Below are positions 29,950-39,945 of a stretch of 64,000 nucleotides of DNA, one piece after another; the first letter of the stretch is position 1, and every line of letters starts with the position of its first letter. Under the pieces are notes generated by a model, which had not been told where the DNA came from, made no database searches, and saw nothing but the letters and a program-made list of their open reading frames with translations. Position numbers and translations under genes: made by a program. Source of the stretch: Candidatus Latescibacterota bacterium (GTDB lineage Bacteria; Latescibacterota; UBA2968; UBA8231); NCBI GenBank assembly GCA_965221775.1, contig CBDCSU010000005.1, positions 1,312,001 to 1,376,000 of the forward strand. The letters run 5' to 3'.

Positions 29950-31563
29950 ATGACGCAAGGCACGGACCACATCGGTTGGGAGGCGTCCAGCGACGCCGGC
30001 GCGGTGGCCGCGGGCGGGGCCGGCGCCGTGGCCGCGGGGATGCGGATCCTCGAGCAGGGGGGCAACGCCGCCGACGCGGCGGCGGCCACCATCTTCGCCC
30101 TGCAGGTGACCGACCACATCGCCTGCTGCATCGGCGGCGAGGTGCCGCTGCTGATCTGGGACGCCGGCCGCGGGGAGGTGAAGTCGCTCTCGGGCCAGGG
30201 CCGCGCGCCGCTGGACCCGGCGGCGATCGACTGGTACATGGCCAACGGAATCCCGGGCCGGGGGGACATGAAGATGGCTCCCGTTCCGGCGGTGGTGGAC
30301 CTGTGCATCACCACCATGCAGCGCTACGGAACGATGTCCCTGGAGCAGGTCGTGGCGCCGACCCTGGAGATCCTCGACGCCGGCGACCGCGAGTGGGAGC
30401 CGAAGCTGGCCCATACCCTGCGGCGCATGGTGGAGGAGGAGGGCCTGGCGGGCGGGTCCCGCGAGGACCGGCTGCAGGCCGCCTGCGACCGCTTCTACGG
30501 CCGCTCCTCACGCTGCAACGACATCGCCGAAGAGCTGGAGGCCGAGTTCGTCAGGCACGGCAGCTTCCTGCGGCGGGCCGACCTGGCCGCGCACCGCACC
30601 ACCATCGAGGAGCCGGCCACCGCCGACTACCGCGGCTACACCGTCTGCAAGTGCGGCCCCTGGACCCAGGGCCCCGCCCTGCTGCAGGCCCTGCGCCTGC
30701 TCGAGGGCTTCGACCTGGCGGCCATGGGCCACCTGTCGGCCGACTACGTCCACGCGGTGGTGGAGGCGATCAAGCTCGCTTTCGCCGACCGCGACGCCCA
30801 CTACGGCGACCCGGAGTTCGTCCACGTCCCCCTGGAGGCCCTGCTCTCCGACGCCTACACCGGCCTGCGCCGGCCCCTGATCGACATGGCCTCCGCCGCC
30901 CCCGAGGCGCGGCCGGGGGACCCGCTGGCCATGGAGGCGGTGAAGGCGGGCGGCGTCTTCCGCCCCGGCGGCGAGGGCACCACCACCTGCGTCGTCGCCG
31001 ACCGCTGGGGCAACGTCGTCTCGGCGACACCGAGCGCCAACGTCGACACCAGCCGCATGGACGGCGGCGAGGCCGGCGTCACCTACGGCAACCGCCTGCG
31101 CAGCCTCAACACGACGCCGGGCCACCCCAACTGCATCCAGCCCGGCAAGCGGCCCCGCATCACCCTCACGCCGACGCTGGTCCTCAAGGACGGCAAGCCC
31201 GCCTTCGCCGTCAGCGTCGCCGGCGGCGACCGCCAGGACCAGACCACCCTGGCCCTGCTGCTGGACGCCATCGACTTCGGCATGACCCCGGCCGAGGCGG
31301 TGCGGGCGCCCCGGTTCTGCACCTTCCATCACCAGAACTCCTTCGACCCCAACCCGCGGCGGGAGCAGACCTTCGACGAGGCGGGTGCGATGGAGATCAA
31401 CGACACGGTGGACCCGAGGGTGCGGGACGAGCTCGAAAGGCGGGGCCACCCGCTGCGGGTGAAGTCGGGGGCGATCTCCACGCCGGTGATGCTGCGGGTC
31501 GATGAAGGCGGGTTCCTGGCCGCCGGCGATCCGGAGGCGGGACGGCACGCGGCCGGGCTCTGA
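29950..31563 (+). CDS. ggt: Gamma-glutamyltransferase family protein
   Basis: LEQGGNAADAA, EAIKLAFADRD, GTTTCVVADRWGNVVS cleavage site, PGKRPRITLTP. Confidence 0.9.
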   Translation: MTQGTDHIGWEASSDAGAVAAGGAGAVAAGMRILEQGGNAADAAAATIFALQVTDHIACCIGGEVPLLIWDAGRGEVKSLSGQGRAPLDPAAIDWYMANGIPGRGDMKMAPVPAVVDLCITTMQRYGTMSLEQVVAPTLEILDAGDREWEPKLAHTLRRMVEEEGLAGGSREDRLQAACDRFYGRSSRCNDIAEELEAEFVRHGSFLRRADLAAHRTTIEEPATADYRGYTVCKCGPWTQGPALLQALRLLEGFDLAAMGHLSADYVHAVVEAIKLAFADRDAHYGDPEFVHVPLEALLSDAYTGLRRPLIDMASAAPEARPGDPLAMEAVKAGGVFRPGGEGTTTCVVADRWGNVVSATPSANVDTSRMDGGEAGVTYGNRLRSLNTTPGHPNCIQPGKRPRITLTPTLVLKDGKPAFAVSVAGGDRQDQTTLALLLDAIDFGMTPAEAVRAPRFCTFHHQNSFDPNPRREQTFDEAGAMEINDTVDPRVRDELERRGHPLRVKSGAISTPVMLRVDEGGFLAAGDPEAGRHAAGL

Positions 31564-31685
31564 AGGCGGGGACGGCAGCCGTTGCCCAGTTCGTCCTTCC
31601 TGCAAGATCAGCGCCTACCCCAAGTAGAGCGGCGCGGGGTCCCCACCCCGCACGAGTGATGAAGACCTGGCGCCGGTCGCCCTCT

Positions 31686-32597
31686 TCAGCGGCGGCCCTT
31701 CACCCGTCCCCAAGCCCGCTCCCCCACGGTGGTATCCACGTCAGAGCAGTCCAGTCTGCGCCCACCGCCGGCCAGCAACGCGATCAGTGAGTCCCGTTCC
31801 GCCGGGTCCACGCTGAGCCCGTACTCCCGCTTGACGGCGATGACCCGCTCTGCGAACCACGCGCCGTGATGATCCGGCGTCCATTCTCCGGCGTCGGAGT
31901 CTCTCTTGAGGGTTCGATTCACGGTTGGGTCCGCGATGGTCAGGTTGTCGAGATCGCTGGCGAAGGCTCGACGGCGGTCGTTGTCGATATGGCTGTCGTG
32001 GGCCTCGGCCAGGGCCACGATGTGCTCGATGTCCGTCGCTGCGTCGCCGGCGAGCCGGATGGTGAACAGTAGACACGAGTACGGGGTGTACACCTGCCCG
32101 GCGTGCTTCATGGTGCCGGGCAGCAGGGAGATGATCTCGTCTTCCAGGGTGCTGTAGCCCGTCCCGTAGTCGTCCCGGTCGTAGCCGGTCCGGGGCTGTT
32201 CCTCACAGATCTTCAGGCCGCGCCAAGTCTCCGCGTCAGCCGGGCAGCCGTCCGGTGCTGGAGTGTCGACGCGCTTCGGGACGTATCCGCCGGGATTGGG
32301 GTTGGTCTCACAGGCGTCGCCATCGCCATCGCCGTCGCTGGCTCCTCTGCGTTGAAGCCATTCGTACGTGATGGCGGTTCCGTTGCGATCGTCCCGGTGG
32401 GCGGGCAGCTTGAGACCGGTGGAACCCCCACTACGGTAAGCCTCGGAGCAGGTCAGGTCCCCGTTGCCATTGGTGTCCCAGTACTCGAAATCGTCCTTGG
32501 TCTGCGCTGACAGCGTGGCTGCCGAGAGCAGCATCGCCACAAGCGGTCCCGGGGTCTGGGACCAGCCCCGGAATCCATCGATCGGCCGATCTTGCAT
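31686..32597 (-). CDS. Secreted DUF1524/HNH-like nuclease with Ca-binding repeats and WGRVK tail (start uncertain)
   Basis: Signal-like MLLSAATLSA, DTNGNGDL and DGDGDGDACE loops, DIEHIVALAEAHDS...DLDNL...VNR...EW, tail VGERAWGRVK. Confidence 0.7.
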   Translation of the reverse strand: MQDRPIDGFRGWSQTPGPLVAMLLSAATLSAQTKDDFEYWDTNGNGDLTCSEAYRSGGSTGLKLPAHRDDRNGTAITYEWLQRRGASDGDGDGDACETNPNPGGYVPKRVDTPAPDGCPADAETWRGLKICEEQPRTGYDRDDYGTGYSTLEDEIISLLPGTMKHAGQVYTPYSCLLFTIRLAGDAATDIEHIVALAEAHDSHIDNDRRRAFASDLDNLTIADPTVNRTLKRDSDAGEWTPDHHGAWFAERVIAVKREYGLSVDPAERDSLIALLAGGGRRLDCSDVDTTVGERAWGRVKGRR

Positions 32598-32646
32598 ATG
32601 TTTGCATAATCGGCCAATCCAATGGCGTGTCGCAAGAGTTTGCGGC

Positions 32647-33882
32647 TCAGCGCTCCAGCACCATCCCCTCGCGCTCGATGCGCTCGAACATCTCCCTGTA
32701 CTCCGGCGAGCCGTCGTCGTCCCAGTAGTCGGTCTCGATGGGGGCGTCGTAGCTCATGGGGATCAGCCGCCGCCGGTCGGGGCGCACCATGAAGATCGAC
32801 TCGGCGGGATCGGCGATGTTGTACATCCGCGCGCCGTTGGCGAAGCGCGAGCGGACGATCCACCTCGGCTGAGCCGGCAGCTCCAGCCGCTTCAACCGCT
32901 CCAGGGCCTCCCGGTCCAGGGTGACGCCGAGGCCCGGCTTCTCCGGCACCCGCAGGAACCCGTTGACCGGCTGCGACCGCTCGTGGACCACGTCCTCGGC
33001 CCAGGTCTCGCAGTCGCTGAAGAAGTGGAAATTCGCCGTGGGGAAGGCGGCCATCATGTGGCAGGTCATGGCCCGGGTGATGTCGCCGCCCACGTTCTGC
33101 AGCATGAAGGGGATGCCGCCGGCGGCGAAGAGCCCGGCCCGGCGCGCGGCGTCGCCGATGCGGGAGTGGCCGAGCATGTAGGCGTCGGCGGCGCCCATGA
33201 GGACCTCGTAGGTCGCCCCCAGGGGACAGTGATGGAGGACCACCGGCAGGGGGCTGCGCTTGCGCAGCTCGATGTAGCCGGGCAGATCCTCGGCGGGCAG
33301 GGCGTCCTCGAAGCAGCCGGCGATCGGATAGCGGGCCAGCTTCGTCAGGAGGGCGAACATGTGGTCGTCGGTGCCGTGCATGGTGAAGTCGTAGTGGATG
33401 CGGAACCCCTTCGGCGCCACGGCCTGCATCGCCTCGGTCTGGTCGATGACGTTCTCGAAGGGTGACAGGTGGTACTTCAGCCACGTGTAGCCCTGCGCCG
33501 AGTACTCGCGCACGGCCTCGGCCATGCGGTCGGGATGGGTGGAGACGGTCCAGCTGCCCACCGGCACCCAGGAGCGGTACTTCTGGCCGAAGAGCTTGTA
33601 CACCGGCACGCCCGCGGCCTGCCCCATCAGGTCGTACATCGCCGTGCCCAGCCCCAGGGAGACCTCGTCGCCCAGGTGGTCGAAGGGGTTGGTGCCGATG
33701 TAGTGGTCCACCGTCTCCCGCGGCTCGGTGGAGCCGCTCTCCCCGAGGCCGGTGAGGCCGTCGTCGGTGTGGGCCACGTAGATGGTCCGCTGCGACGGGC
33801 CGTAGTAGTGGTTGAGCTGGTAGGCGATCCAGTCGACGTACGGCAGGGTGATGCGGTGGACCTCGATCTCCGTGACCTTCAT
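32647..33882 (-). CDS. Mandelate racemase/muconate lactonising enzyme family (enolase superfamily)
   Basis: TDDGLTGLGES, AMYDLMGQAAGVPVYKLFG, WLKYH, VPEKPGLGV. Confidence 0.88.
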   Translation of the reverse strand: MKVTEIEVHRITLPYVDWIAYQLNHYYGPSQRTIYVAHTDDGLTGLGESGSTEPRETVDHYIGTNPFDHLGDEVSLGLGTAMYDLMGQAAGVPVYKLFGQKYRSWVPVGSWTVSTHPDRMAEAVREYSAQGYTWLKYHLSPFENVIDQTEAMQAVAPKGFRIHYDFTMHGTDDHMFALLTKLARYPIAGCFEDALPAEDLPGYIELRKRSPLPVVLHHCPLGATYEVLMGAADAYMLGHSRIGDAARRAGLFAAGGIPFMLQNVGGDITRAMTCHMMAAFPTANFHFFSDCETWAEDVVHERSQPVNGFLRVPEKPGLGVTLDREALERLKRLELPAQPRWIVRSRFANGARMYNIADPAESIFMVRPDRRRLIPMSYDAPIETDYWDDDGSPEYREMFERIEREGMVLER

Positions 33883-34883
33883 GAGTGTCCCCAGGTGAGC
33901 AGGACGCCGAGGGCCTGGTCGCGCTCGTCGCGCAGGAGCCGGTAGGCCTCGGCGGCCTCGGTGTACGGCAGGCGGTGGGTGGTCAGCCGGGCCACGTCCA
34001 GCTCTCCGCGCGCGATCATCTTCAGCACCTGGCGGCGGTTGTACTGCTGCGTCCAGGGCCAGGCCGGCGTCGCCGTGGTGGGGCACTTCGGCTGATGGCA
34101 GCCCACCAGGGTCAGCTCCTTCTGATGGAAGTCCATGAAGTCGACCTCGACCTTGCGGTGCCAGATCGACCCGAGGGCCATGATGCGGCCGCCGATGCGG
34201 GCCATGTCGAAGAGCACGGGCAGGATCTCGGGATAGCCCGAGGCCTCGATCGCGACATCCAGCCCCCGGTCCCCGGTGATGGCGGCGACGCGCGAGGGCA
34301 GATCCGCGTCCGCCTGGATGGTGTGGGTGGCCCCCGAGCGGGAGGCGATCGCCAGGCGGACGGCGCTGAGATCAACGGCGATGAGCAGCTCGCACCCCGA
34401 GCGCGCCGCCAGCTGCAGGGCGAGCTGGCCCACCAGGCCCATGCCGGTGACGGCGGCGAACTCCCCCAGCTCCAGGCGCGCCTTGCGGACCCCGTGCATG
34501 GAGACGCTCCCCAACACGCCGTAGGCGCCGTCGTCGAAGGAGACGCCCTCCGGCAGTCGTGCCAGCGACCGCGGCTCGGTGGAGACGGTGACGTGGCTCG
34601 CGTGGGCCCCCAGGGAGAGGACCCGGTCGCCGACGGTGTAGCCCTCGCAGCCGTCGCCGAGGGCGAGGACGCGGCCGGTGTTGGAGTAGCCGGGGATGTA
34701 GTCCCGCGTGCGGTCCTGCTCCTGGGTGCCGAGCTCGGTGCCGGCGCTGATGAGGGTGCGGACGGTCTCGACGAGCGCCTGGCCGGGGCCGGGGGGCGTG
34801 ATCTCGAAGGACTCGGTGCCGATCCGGCCGTCGGGGCGGACGACGACCCGGCGGCCGCTGGAGGGGATGGGGTTGTCTGGCAT
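33879..34883 (-). CDS. MDR-family (zinc-binding-type) dehydrogenase
   Basis: TLISAGTE, PGYS, GMGLVG Rossmann motif, DVAIEASG. Confidence 0.88.
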   Translation of the reverse strand: MPDNPIPSSGRRVVVRPDGRIGTESFEITPPGPGQALVETVRTLISAGTELGTQEQDRTRDYIPGYSNTGRVLALGDGCEGYTVGDRVLSLGAHASHVTVSTEPRSLARLPEGVSFDDGAYGVLGSVSMHGVRKARLELGEFAAVTGMGLVGQLALQLAARSGCELLIAVDLSAVRLAIASRSGATHTIQADADLPSRVAAITGDRGLDVAIEASGYPEILPVLFDMARIGGRIMALGSIWHRKVEVDFMDFHQKELTLVGCHQPKCPTTATPAWPWTQQYNRRQVLKMIARGELDVARLTTHRLPYTEAAEAYRLLRDERDQALGVLLTWGHS

Positions 34884-35076
34884 GGGTGCGGCTTGGGACG
34901 AGGGCACGCCGGCTGGTGGCGCCGGTCCGACGCTGGCCACTACCATAGGCCCCGCTCAACCCCCGCGCCAAGATGGAGGAAGGACGGATTCAACCGATGG
35001 TCTGGCGCCAGCGGATGCGCCCCCTTGAGCGCGCCCCCATGAGGGTCGCGATGGCAAGGCCCGCGGTCCGGCGGCT

Positions 35077-35376
35077 GATGGCGGCTCCCGCCGGCCGCCG
35101 AATGGGGAGCGCCTCCTGCCTACGGGGGCCGGCTCTGCCGGCGGCGACGGAGCCCGCCGCCAGGTGATGCGCGCCGCCTCGCTCCCGGCAGCCGCCGGCT
35201 GGACCGCGCCGCCCACAGGGCGTCCCGCGGGCGCTGCCCCGCTCTTCGCGCCCGTCCCGCAACCGGCGGCCCTTCGCACCGCGACGGCGCCCTCGGCAAG
35301 GCGTCGCCCACGCTGCGCCTGTTCCCTCTCGGCGTCCGCCCATCGGATGGCGGCTCCCTCCGGCCGCCGAATGGGG
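35077..35376. repeat. 31-bp direct repeat pair (35077-35107 and 35346-35376)
   Basis: GATGGCGGCTCCC(G/T)CCGGCCGCCGAATGGGG; each copy contains a GGCGGC...GCCGCC hairpin. Confidence 0.7.
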
Positions 35377-35402
35377 CGGCTCTCGCTCCTGACGGGCGCC
35401 GC

Positions 35403-37658
35403 ATGATGCGCCTCCCTTCGCTCCGGGCGCCAGGCCCGCAGGCCGCGGCCCCCCCGGCCCACCACCCGCGGAGCCCCGCCCTCGCTGGGAGGATCCTGCC
35501 GACGGCGCCCGGCCGACGGCGGCGGCCCTCCCTCCGGGCGGCCCTCTGGCTGCTGCCGGCGGCCGCCTTCGCCGCAGACCCCGAGCCCCCCGACTCAACG
35601 CAGTACACGGCGCCCGTGGTGGTGGTCACCGCCACCCGCGACACGGCCCCCCTGGACCGCCTGCCGCTGGCGGTCTCCACCGTCGGGCGGGATGACTTCG
35701 CGCCGGGTGAGAAGGCGATCTCCCTGAGCGAGGCCCTGCGCCAGGTGCCTGGGCTGTACGTGGCCGAGCGCAACAACCCGTCCCAGGGTCCGCGGCTGAT
35801 GGCGCGCGGCCTGGGGGCGAGGGCCGCCTTCGGGGTGCGCGGCGTCAAGGTCCTGCTCGACGGGGTGCCCCTGACCACCCCGGACGGCCAGACCCAGCTC
35901 GGCAACATCGACCTGGCCGCGGCCGGCCGCGTGGAGGTGCTGCGCGGGCCCAACTCGAGCCTGTACGGGAACGCCGGCGGCGGCGTGGTCTCCGTGCACA
36001 CAGAACACCCCGAGGCGGCGGGCCTGCGGGTGAAGCCGCGCCTGGTCGCCGGCAGCGACGGCCTGTGGCTGCGCCAGGCCACCCTCACCGGGGGCGGACG
36101 CCACTCCTGGCACCTGTCGGCGCGGCAGCTCGACCTCGACGGCTACCGCGACCACTCGGAGGCGCGGGTGCGCGGGCTGAACGCGGTGGTGCGCTCGCGC
36201 CTGCGCCCGTCGTGGGAGCTGGTGTGGGTGCTCAACCTCTACGACGCGCCGTACCTGCTCAACCCGAGTTCCCTGATCCGGGGCGACGCGCGCGACCGGC
36301 CGCGCTTCGCCCGCGGATTCATCGTCCGGCAGGGAGCCTCCAAGGAGGCGCGTCAGAGCCAGGGCGGGATCACCCTGCGCCACACCGGCGGCGGAGGGAG
36401 GACGGAGCTGACCCTCTACGGCATCGACCGCGGCCTGCTGAACCCGATCCCCGGGGCGGTGATCGACCTGGAGCGCCGCGCCGGCGGCCTGCGGGCGGTG
36501 CACGGGCGGCCGCTGCGCCTCGCCGGCCTGGCGGGCAGCTGGAAGGCGGGGGTCGACCTGGAGGCGCAGAGGGACGACCGCCGGGAGCACGAGAACGAGG
36601 GGCTCGCCGACGCCGACACGGAACCCGCCCGCGTGCCGGAGAGCGTGGCTCTCGGGAGGCTGCTGCAGGACCAGGAGGAGTCCGTGGGCAGCGCCGGGGC
36701 CTTCGCCGCCCTGGCCCTGCACCCGAAGCCCGGATGGACCTTGAGCCTCGGGGGGCGCTTCGACCGCTACGGCTTCGAGGCCGCCGACCGTCTGCTGGCC
36801 GACGGGGACGACTCCGGCACTCGGAGCCTCTCGCGCTTCAGCCCCGCCGCCGGCCTCGGCTGGCAGCTGACGCCGCGGACGCTGCTCTACGCCTCGTACG
36901 GGACCGCCTTCCAGACGCCGACCACGGTGGAGCTGGGCAACCGCCCCGACGGCGGCGGCGGCTTCAACCCCGACCTGGATCCCGAGAGCGTGGCCAGCCT
37001 CGAGGTCGGCCTGAGGGGGCACGACCGCACCGGCCGCCTGACCTGGGACGCGGCCCTCTACCGGCTCGCCGTGGACGGCATGCTGATCCCCTTCCAGGTG
37101 GACGATCCCGCGAGCGAGGCCGTCTACTACCGCAACGCCGGCCGCACCACCAGCCAGGGGCTGGAGGCCGCCCTCGGCGCCCGCCGCGGCGCCTGGCGCG
37201 CCGACCTCTCCTACACCTTCATGGACTTCCGCTTCGACGACTACGTGGTCGGCTCCGGCGACGAAGCCGTGCAGCTCTCCGGCAACCGGGTCCCCGGCCT
37301 GCCGCCTCACCGGCTGCTGCTCGACGCCGGCGGCGACCTGCCCCTCGGACTGCGCGCCGAGATCGAGACCGAGTGGGTGGCCGGGTACTGGGCCAACGAC
37401 CACAACGGACCGCCGCCCGGCAGCGCCGCCGCCCCCACCGACTTCCACAACGACACCTACGCCGTCACCGGCCTGCGCCTCACCGCCCCCCTCTCCCTCG
37501 GCTTGGGGCGCGTGCGCCTCTTCACCGGCATCGACAACCTCCTCGACGCCGCGTACAACGGCTCCATCACACCCAACGCCTTCGGCGCCCGCTTCTTCGA
37601 GCCCGCCCCCGGACGCACCTGGTACGCCGGCCTCGAGGCGGACCTCGGACGCCCCTGA
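35403..37658 (+). CDS. TonB-dependent receptor (start uncertain)
   Basis: VVVVTATR, GVKVLLDGVPLTTPDGQ, VEVLRGPNSSLYG, IDNLLD, EPAPGRTWYAG. Confidence 0.92.
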   Translation: MMRLPSLRAPGPQAAAPPAHHPRSPALAGRILPTAPGRRRRPSLRAALWLLPAAAFAADPEPPDSTQYTAPVVVVTATRDTAPLDRLPLAVSTVGRDDFAPGEKAISLSEALRQVPGLYVAERNNPSQGPRLMARGLGARAAFGVRGVKVLLDGVPLTTPDGQTQLGNIDLAAAGRVEVLRGPNSSLYGNAGGGVVSVHTEHPEAAGLRVKPRLVAGSDGLWLRQATLTGGGRHSWHLSARQLDLDGYRDHSEARVRGLNAVVRSRLRPSWELVWVLNLYDAPYLLNPSSLIRGDARDRPRFARGFIVRQGASKEARQSQGGITLRHTGGGGRTELTLYGIDRGLLNPIPGAVIDLERRAGGLRAVHGRPLRLAGLAGSWKAGVDLEAQRDDRREHENEGLADADTEPARVPESVALGRLLQDQEESVGSAGAFAALALHPKPGWTLSLGGRFDRYGFEAADRLLADGDDSGTRSLSRFSPAAGLGWQLTPRTLLYASYGTAFQTPTTVELGNRPDGGGGFNPDLDPESVASLEVGLRGHDRTGRLTWDAALYRLAVDGMLIPFQVDDPASEAVYYRNAGRTTSQGLEAALGARRGAWRADLSYTFMDFRFDDYVVGSGDEAVQLSGNRVPGLPPHRLLLDAGGDLPLGLRAEIETEWVAGYWANDHNGPPPGSAAAPTDFHNDTYAVTGLRLTAPLSLGLGRVRLFTGIDNLLDAAYNGSITPNAFGARFFEPAPGRTWYAGLEADLGRP

Positions 37659-37671
37659 AAGGAGATCCGCC

Positions 37672-39267
37672 TTGTTGATCGGATACGTCAGCGACGAGCG
37701 CTACGTCGCCGTCCCCGATGTCCTCTTCGAGTTCGAAGACGAGAGCGGCCGCGTCGTCGAGGCGCGGTCGAGCATCACCGGCGCCGTGCGCGCCGACCTG
37801 GAGCCGGGGCGCTGGCACGTCGCCCTCGGGCGAGACGGCTACGGCGCCAAGCGCACCACCCTGGAGCTGCCGCTGGCCGAGCCCCACCACTTCCGCCTGC
37901 TGCGCGACCAGCTGATCGGCTACATGTGGCCCAAGTGGGTCCGCTCCGGGGAGAAGTCCGAGTTCCGGGTCCACTCCGACGAGGCCTACAAGCTGGAGCT
38001 GTGGCGCTACGGCTGGGAGAAGGAACTGGTGCGGACCATCGGCTGGTACGACGAGCACGGCCCGCGGGCGACGGTGCAGATCACCCCCGACGGCGACTAC
38101 ACCCAGACGGGGGTGCAGTTCAACCACCGGGGATACGCCCGCAGCGCCCACAAGCAGTACCTCACCGCCCCGGAGCGCTCCGGCCTCTACTACCTGCACG
38201 CCAAGGGCGAGTCGGGGGCGTTCTTCTCCTTCCCCTGGCTGGTGGCGCCGGAGCGTCCGCGGGCCCCGCTGGCGGTCCTGGCGGCCAACATCAACTGGAA
38301 CTGCTACAACAACTTCGGCGGCCGCTCCAACTACATCCACGCCGACGGCTTCACGCCCTCGCCGGCGATGAACGCGCGCCTGGAGCTGGCGCGCTACACC
38401 GACCCCGACCACGCCCTCTTCGCCGCCGACCACTACCCGCCCCTCTCCTTCGACCGCCCCGAGCCGATCAACCACATCGACGAGGACGAGCGCATCACCG
38501 ACCCCATCGAGGGGCGCAGCAACTGCCACGTGGCCCCGGCGGAGTGGCGGTTCTTCGGCTGGCTCGACCGCGAGGGCTGCGACTACGACCTCTACGCCGA
38601 GACCCAGCTCCACGACGGCACCCTCGACCTGGGCCAGTACCGGGCCCTGGCGGTCAGCGCCCACCCCGAGTACTGGTCGGCGAAGATGTACTTCGCGCTG
38701 AAGGAGTGGGTCTTCGAGGGCGGCGGGAAGCTCCTCTACCTCGGCGGCAACGGCCTCAACTGCGAGGTCGAGTTCCTCGACGACACGACGATCACCGTCC
38801 ACAACGGACCCTACGGGGGCGGCTTCTTCCACCTGCAGAAGATCGGCTACGAGAGCCGCTTCCATCTGCGCCACGAGTCGGAGGCCAACCTCCTCGGCGT
38901 GACCTGCTCGGAGACCGGGATCATGACCGGCGCCCCGTACCGCGTCATCGAGCCCGAGCACTGGATCTTCGAGAACACCGGCCTGCGGCAGGGCGACCTC
39001 TTCGGCCAGGAGTGCCTGCACATGCGCTGCCCCGGCGGCGCCTCCGGCCACGAGACCGACAAGGTCTCGGCCAGCTCGCCGGCCAACGCCAAGCCGCTGG
39101 CCAAGGGCCTCAACCCCGACGACGGCGGCGCCGAGATCGTCTGCTTCGACACCCCCTCCGGCGGGCACGTGTTCTCGGTGGGCTCGATCTCGTGGCCAGC
39201 GTCGCTGCCCGTGGACGAGCAGGTCTCGCGCATCACCCGCAACGTGCTGCAGCGGTTCCTGGCCTGA
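37672..39267 (+). CDS. N,N-dimethylformamidase beta-subunit-like (DUF6605) protein
   Basis: WNCYNNFGG, LSFDRP, HPEYWS, LYLGGN, VFSVGSISW. Confidence 0.75.
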   Translation: MLIGYVSDERYVAVPDVLFEFEDESGRVVEARSSITGAVRADLEPGRWHVALGRDGYGAKRTTLELPLAEPHHFRLLRDQLIGYMWPKWVRSGEKSEFRVHSDEAYKLELWRYGWEKELVRTIGWYDEHGPRATVQITPDGDYTQTGVQFNHRGYARSAHKQYLTAPERSGLYYLHAKGESGAFFSFPWLVAPERPRAPLAVLAANINWNCYNNFGGRSNYIHADGFTPSPAMNARLELARYTDPDHALFAADHYPPLSFDRPEPINHIDEDERITDPIEGRSNCHVAPAEWRFFGWLDREGCDYDLYAETQLHDGTLDLGQYRALAVSAHPEYWSAKMYFALKEWVFEGGGKLLYLGGNGLNCEVEFLDDTTITVHNGPYGGGFFHLQKIGYESRFHLRHESEANLLGVTCSETGIMTGAPYRVIEPEHWIFENTGLRQGDLFGQECLHMRCPGGASGHETDKVSASSPANAKPLAKGLNPDDGGAEIVCFDTPSGGHVFSVGSISWPASLPVDEQVSRITRNVLQRFLA

Positions 39268-39366
39268 CCCGCGGCGACCGGACCCCTCCCGGGGCGCCGC
39301 GGGTTTTTCCTCCCGGCGACTAAACCTCCGGCCCCCGGGGGCCGTCCAACTGTCAATAGGTCGCCG

Positions 39367-39945
39367 ATGCCAGCCGCACTCGCCCTCGAGGCGAGCCTCC
39401 CGAAGAGGGGCCCCTTGCCCGCCGATCCCCAGCAAGCCGAGCGCGAGACCATCGCCGCCTGCCGGCGGGGCGACCTGGGCGCCTACGAACGGGTCTTCCG
39501 CGACCACTGGCGGCGGCTGCTGAGCGTGGCCCTGCGCATGCTCGGCGACCAGGCCGACGCCGAGGACGCCGTGCAGACCGCCTTCGTCCGCCTGCACCGG
39601 AACATCGGCCGCTTCCGCGGCGAGGCCGGTATCGGCAGCTATCTCATGCGCATCCTTATCAACGTCTGCCACGACACGCTGAGGGCGCGGCAGCGACGGC
39701 TCGACCTCAGGCCACCCGAGCCCCCGCCGGGCCCGGGGCCGGAGCTGCGGCTGCAGTTGCAGGAGGCCATCCTCTCCCTGCCGGAGCGCATGCGCGCCTG
39801 CTTCGTCCTCTACGCCGTGGAGGGCTTCCCCCAGAAGGAGATCGCCGAGATGCTCGAGATCCGCGAGGGCACCGTGAAGGCCCAGGTCTTCCAGGCGAAG
39901 GAGCGCCTGCGCGCCATCCTGACCGACGAGGAGGATTCGCCGTGA
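39367..39945 (+). CDS. ECF RNA polymerase sigma factor
   Basis: DAEDAVQTAF, YLMRILIN, LPERMRACFVL...KEIAEML...GTVK. Confidence 0.92.
   Translation: MPAALALEASLPKRGPLPADPQQAERETIAACRRGDLGAYERVFRDHWRRLLSVALRMLGDQADAEDAVQTAFVRLHRNIGRFRGEAGIGSYLMRILINVCHDTLRARQRRLDLRPPEPPPGPGPELRLQLQEAILSLPERMRACFVLYAVEGFPQKEIAEMLEIREGTVKAQVFQAKERLRAILTDEEDSP

Noticed and set aside
31686-32597. DUF1524 gene as the SspE partner of the Ssp-like locus
   Set aside because: It is secreted, lacks the DUF262/DGQQR domain and lies about 25 kb away.
34950-35402. Cobalamin or other riboswitch ahead of the TonB receptor
   Set aside because: Could not find the conserved cobalamin, TPP or SAM core motifs by eye.
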